Source: Lytechinus pictus
Lineage: Eukaryota
Direction of reading: 5' to 3'
NCBI RefSeq assembly: GCF_037042905.1
Contig: NC_087263.1
Coordinates: 12,154,001-12,218,000 of the forward strand
Length of the DNA stretch: 64,000 bases
Positions 60,645 to 64,000 of this stretch are shown here, one piece after another. The position numbers were made by a program, and so were the translations under genes. The notes under the pieces are model-generated. The model was not told the DNA's origin. It worked only from the letters and a program-made list of their open reading frames with translations, and did not search any database. The first letter of the stretch is position 1; each line of letters starts with the position of its first letter.

Positions 60645-61449
60645 AAAGTGAAGTAGTATTAGTCCGGAAGCACAGACTCAAATTTAGCACTTTAACCAAA
60701 ACCATGTCTAGAGAGAAAACTAGCTTCCAAACTCTCTGTCTTGTAAAGCCAGCCACAGTACATTAGTCTCACTACTTCAGACCCTGCATTGTGCACTATG
60801 CAGTTTGCAAAATGCAAGGGCCTTTTCCTGCGGACTATACTTGTATGCCCATAAATAATCATCATGTTCCTTATTTTCATCTGTACCATTAGGCCAATGA
60901 AATTAACATATAAAGTGCATGATAATATATCAAGGGGAGACCTCCTGAAGGGAAACCTAGTCTACAGTCACAGACCCTTGTGGTTGAATCTTTTATCAGC
61001 AAGTGGGTCTTAACACAAGACTAGCACAAATGCAACAATGAAGAAGATAGAAAGAAATTAGAAATAACTAAAATATGAAAGAAGCTATAAATTCTTTCAA
61101 AGATAAAAAATCTCCCTAAAGCCAGTGGCAAAAACTGTTATTTCTTGACTGGTTGAATATTCAGACCAATTTCCTTGTGTGAAGGTTTTTTTTTAATAAA
61201 AAGGCAAACAGGGGGAAATCTGCATACTACCAGAATATTCAATAGGGTCATTTTTTAATGCACAGTTTTTGAAACCTTGAGCAGAGACTAGCCCATGTAT
61301 GTTTAAAGGGAAGTCAACTCTCATGATGTCCAACTGGTTTTGATAAATCGCAGAATAATTAGAAAATCATGTGGAAGAAGGTTTGGTGAAAAAAAATCAA
61401 AAGGAAATCCATGAAAGAATGATGGATTTTCACATTTGAATTCTGAATA

Positions 61450-61722
61450 TATTCTCTTTCTGTTTCTGTTTTGTTAGCTCCTGTGGGAAATCAGCAGGAC
61501 AGCTTTTTTTGCAGGTTTAATGCCAAGCTGGTTTATAAACAATCACATGTAGAAAACGTTTTACGTCCAAGTTACTAGTAATCACTAATCAGGCACAGTG
61601 GCTGACCTTATAGATGACAGAAATTAGATTGGGTTTTTTATCAAAGTGGAGGCAATGGCAGAGCAAGGATTTGAACACACAACCTTACAATCGTGAGTCC
61701 AATGCTCCAACCTCTAGACCTC
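61450..61722 (-). mobile_element. tRNA-derived SINE, family 2
   Basis: Reverse complement of 38783-39055. Confidence 0.8.
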
Positions 61723-61878
61723 ACTCTCTGGAAGAAAAGCCTGTTTGAATTCTGAAATGAGGTTTCGGAATTGGTAGTATCCTGACCGCATAATAAATCT
61801 TTTTAACTGAAGACTTTGAATCGGTATTTTGCATATTGATCAGGAATATTGCAGACTTTGGCAATTATTCAATCTATT

Positions 61879-62844
61879 ATAAACCCCTCAAAAAAAGTTT
61901 GGAAATCTGTGTTTGGCCATTAATTTCTCCCTACTTCCAATTCTACACAATGCATATTTGATATCATTAAAAAGATCATTTAATTCTCTTTAAAATGATA
62001 CCATGCTTGTTATGATCATGCCATCACGAAAAGAGCAGGATTCAAAAGTGTTGGATGAGGTCTAAATTGAAAAGCTGCAAAACGAGCAGAAATAGTCTTG
62101 AAGGGTCAATACAGAACATGATTCTTTTGTCTGTGTCAACAGAGATGAAAATCCATTCAAATCATGCCTCTGCTTCTGTAGTGATGGTTCTGTGAGATAA
62201 CATGGTTTGAGTCGTGGTTTGAAATACCCATGCATGTTTGTTTGTTTGTTTTGTATGTGTTTGCTTGTGCAGAGGTGTGTTTGATTCCATGTTAATGCTG
62301 ATGTTAAGGTGCATGTAAACAATTAAAAGACACCGCTGAGAAACTCACTCATCACCACTGAAAAAAGAACAGTGACTTTCAATATTGTGTCATTTTTGCA
62401 ACTTTTGAAATTTGACCTTGCCCCACATTTCAAGGCACTGCACCTCCATGTGAACCATAATCATATCATGTATGGTATCATTTTAAAGAAAATTAAATGA
62501 TATATTCATTGATATTAATTACACATTGATATTTACTAAAACCGATAAGGAATTATCAATCAAAGTCAAAAGAAACCGCTGAGAAACTCACTCATCACCA
62601 CGAAAAAAAGAACAGTGACTTTCAATATTGTGTCATTTTGCAGCTTTTGAATTTTGACCTTGCCCCACATTTCAAGGCACTGCACCTCCATGTGAACCAT
62701 AATCATATCATGTAGGGTATCATTTTAAAGAAAATTAAATGTTCTATTCATTGATGTTAACTTAATTACACATTGATTTTTACTAAAACCGAGGAGAAAT
62801 TATCGATCAAAGTCAGATTTCCAAACTTTTTTTGAGGAGTTTAT
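61879..62844. mobile_element. Tc1/mariner-like non-autonomous element with internal 243-bp tandem duplication
   Basis: 31-bp TIR ATAAACCCCTCAAAAAAAGTTTGGAAATCTG / CAGATTTCCAAACTTTTTTTGAGGAGTTTAT with TA at both ends; duplicate units start 62325 and 62568. Confidence 0.8.
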
Positions 62845-63368
62845 GTCTCTATATGACGACCTATTGAATAATTGCCCAAGTCAGCTGTAATTACAGAGCT
62901 GAATAGAGGCTTTCAAGTACCAATTATATATATTATACCATTATGTTTGTTCCATTTTTTCCAAAGTTCTGTAATCATTTATTCGTCAGAGGAAAAATTT
63001 AACACTAACATAGTTTGTCAGTTTCTCACTAGCTAAAGACAAAACAGCTTCAGATATCTGTGAGGCTTTACCAAACTGAACTTGGCATTTAAAGGCTGAA
63101 AAAGGATGATTCTGAATTTGAAACTGAAGTATTGTTAGAGCATGGAACGATGGGTAGATAATGCTATGATGTTATAAAAGAGTACATTTGTACAATTTCA
63201 CTTATATTTGACAAATGGGTGGTCCCAGAAGTTTTGTATCTCATGTTGGCATTCAGTTATTTGATCACAAGCATTGTTTGCCCTGTGAAGCATTGCACAC
63301 ATGTAGGTGACAGTTGAAGAAGACAACTAACAGGTTTGCTAACCTCTCCCTTCTGTTTCTATTGACTA

Positions 63369-63887
63369 GGACCCCGTTCTCAGTATACTTGAACTGGTTT
63401 CCTTTAAACCAGTTAAGGAAACCATATAGACAACGTTCTCATTTACTTTCTAAAACCAGTTTGCTGGAAATCGGTTCAGTAAATCAGTTTGGAAGATCCC
63501 TTTGCTAGCATTCCCATTTGATCACCCGAAAGTGGTTTTCAAAACCACTTCATGTAAAGCGTTTTTTTTTTTTGCTATGGGAACACTCTCAGTGGGGTGA
63601 CATGTTTTGCGGGAAATTTGAAACCGCAGCGTAGGCATTCCACATACAGTGTGTGTAGTAGCATGCTCGAAATGTGCGAAGATCACTTCCCGAAGAACGG
63701 TTTTGTCCTAATACGCTATTAAAACCAGTCTTACGATTCAAAGGGATCTTCAAAACTACATCGTGGGGTGGTTTTCTGAACCGGTTTGGAAGATCGCTTC
63801 CAAGACCGCTTCGAGAATTCTCATTACCTGTTAAACTAGTTTGGAACCATTAAACTAGTTTAAGAACGGTAACGAGAATGTGGTCCA
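63369..63887. mobile_element. MITE family E, inverted and longer variant
   Basis: GGACC.C.TTCTC ... GAGAATGTGGTCC ends; body matches 56250-56702. Confidence 0.8.
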
Positions 63888-64000
63888 AGTCTACAGGCAG
63901 TTGGTCTATTTCTCAGATAGTCTACATATGGGCTAAACCAATTTGGTCTATTTATATATTTCTTTTCAGTCTACAATTTGACTGGTTTGAAACCCACTTT

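Noticed and set aside
61477..61514. Apparent strong + strand acceptor and exon
   Set aside because: The pyrimidine tract is the reverse-complement tail of a family-2 SINE

Overview
AT-rich, intron-rich animal genomic DNA with no prokaryotic features. The repeat content (Deu-domain SINE, Helentron/DINE-type element, TTAA-flanked elements, frequent TACATGTA and poly-G) suggests a sea-urchin-like marine invertebrate (inference). The main feature is one + strand gene that I assembled by hand from 17 GT-AG exons (16754-47491). All 16 junctions agree in phase, giving 528 codons: a Ser/Gly/Tyr-rich N-terminus, a long coiled coil and a C-terminal CxxC. A probable last exon at 51417-51440 would end it at 535 aa. 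I do not recognise the gene. Two CpG-rich promoter-like islands lie at about 2.0-2.2 kb and 6.5-6.8 kb; the second looks bidirectional. Introns hold an L2 LINE fragment, tRNA-derived SINEs, many MITE families and micro/minisatellites. Most notable: (1) more than 40 TACATGTA palindromes, three of which are clearly CATGTA insertions at a TA inside paired repeats, i.e. footprint-like scars; (2) exon 3' ends plus splice donors tandemly 'echoed' into the next intron at three or four exons, one echo forming an intact in-frame 28-aa (four-heptad) candidate cassette exon; (3) a family of about 63-bp double-palindrome micro-elements; (4) a 36-bp TIR-only palindrome with a perfect 8-bp target duplication. 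Coordinates were read by eye, and superfamily names come from terminal and TSD rules, not from database searches.
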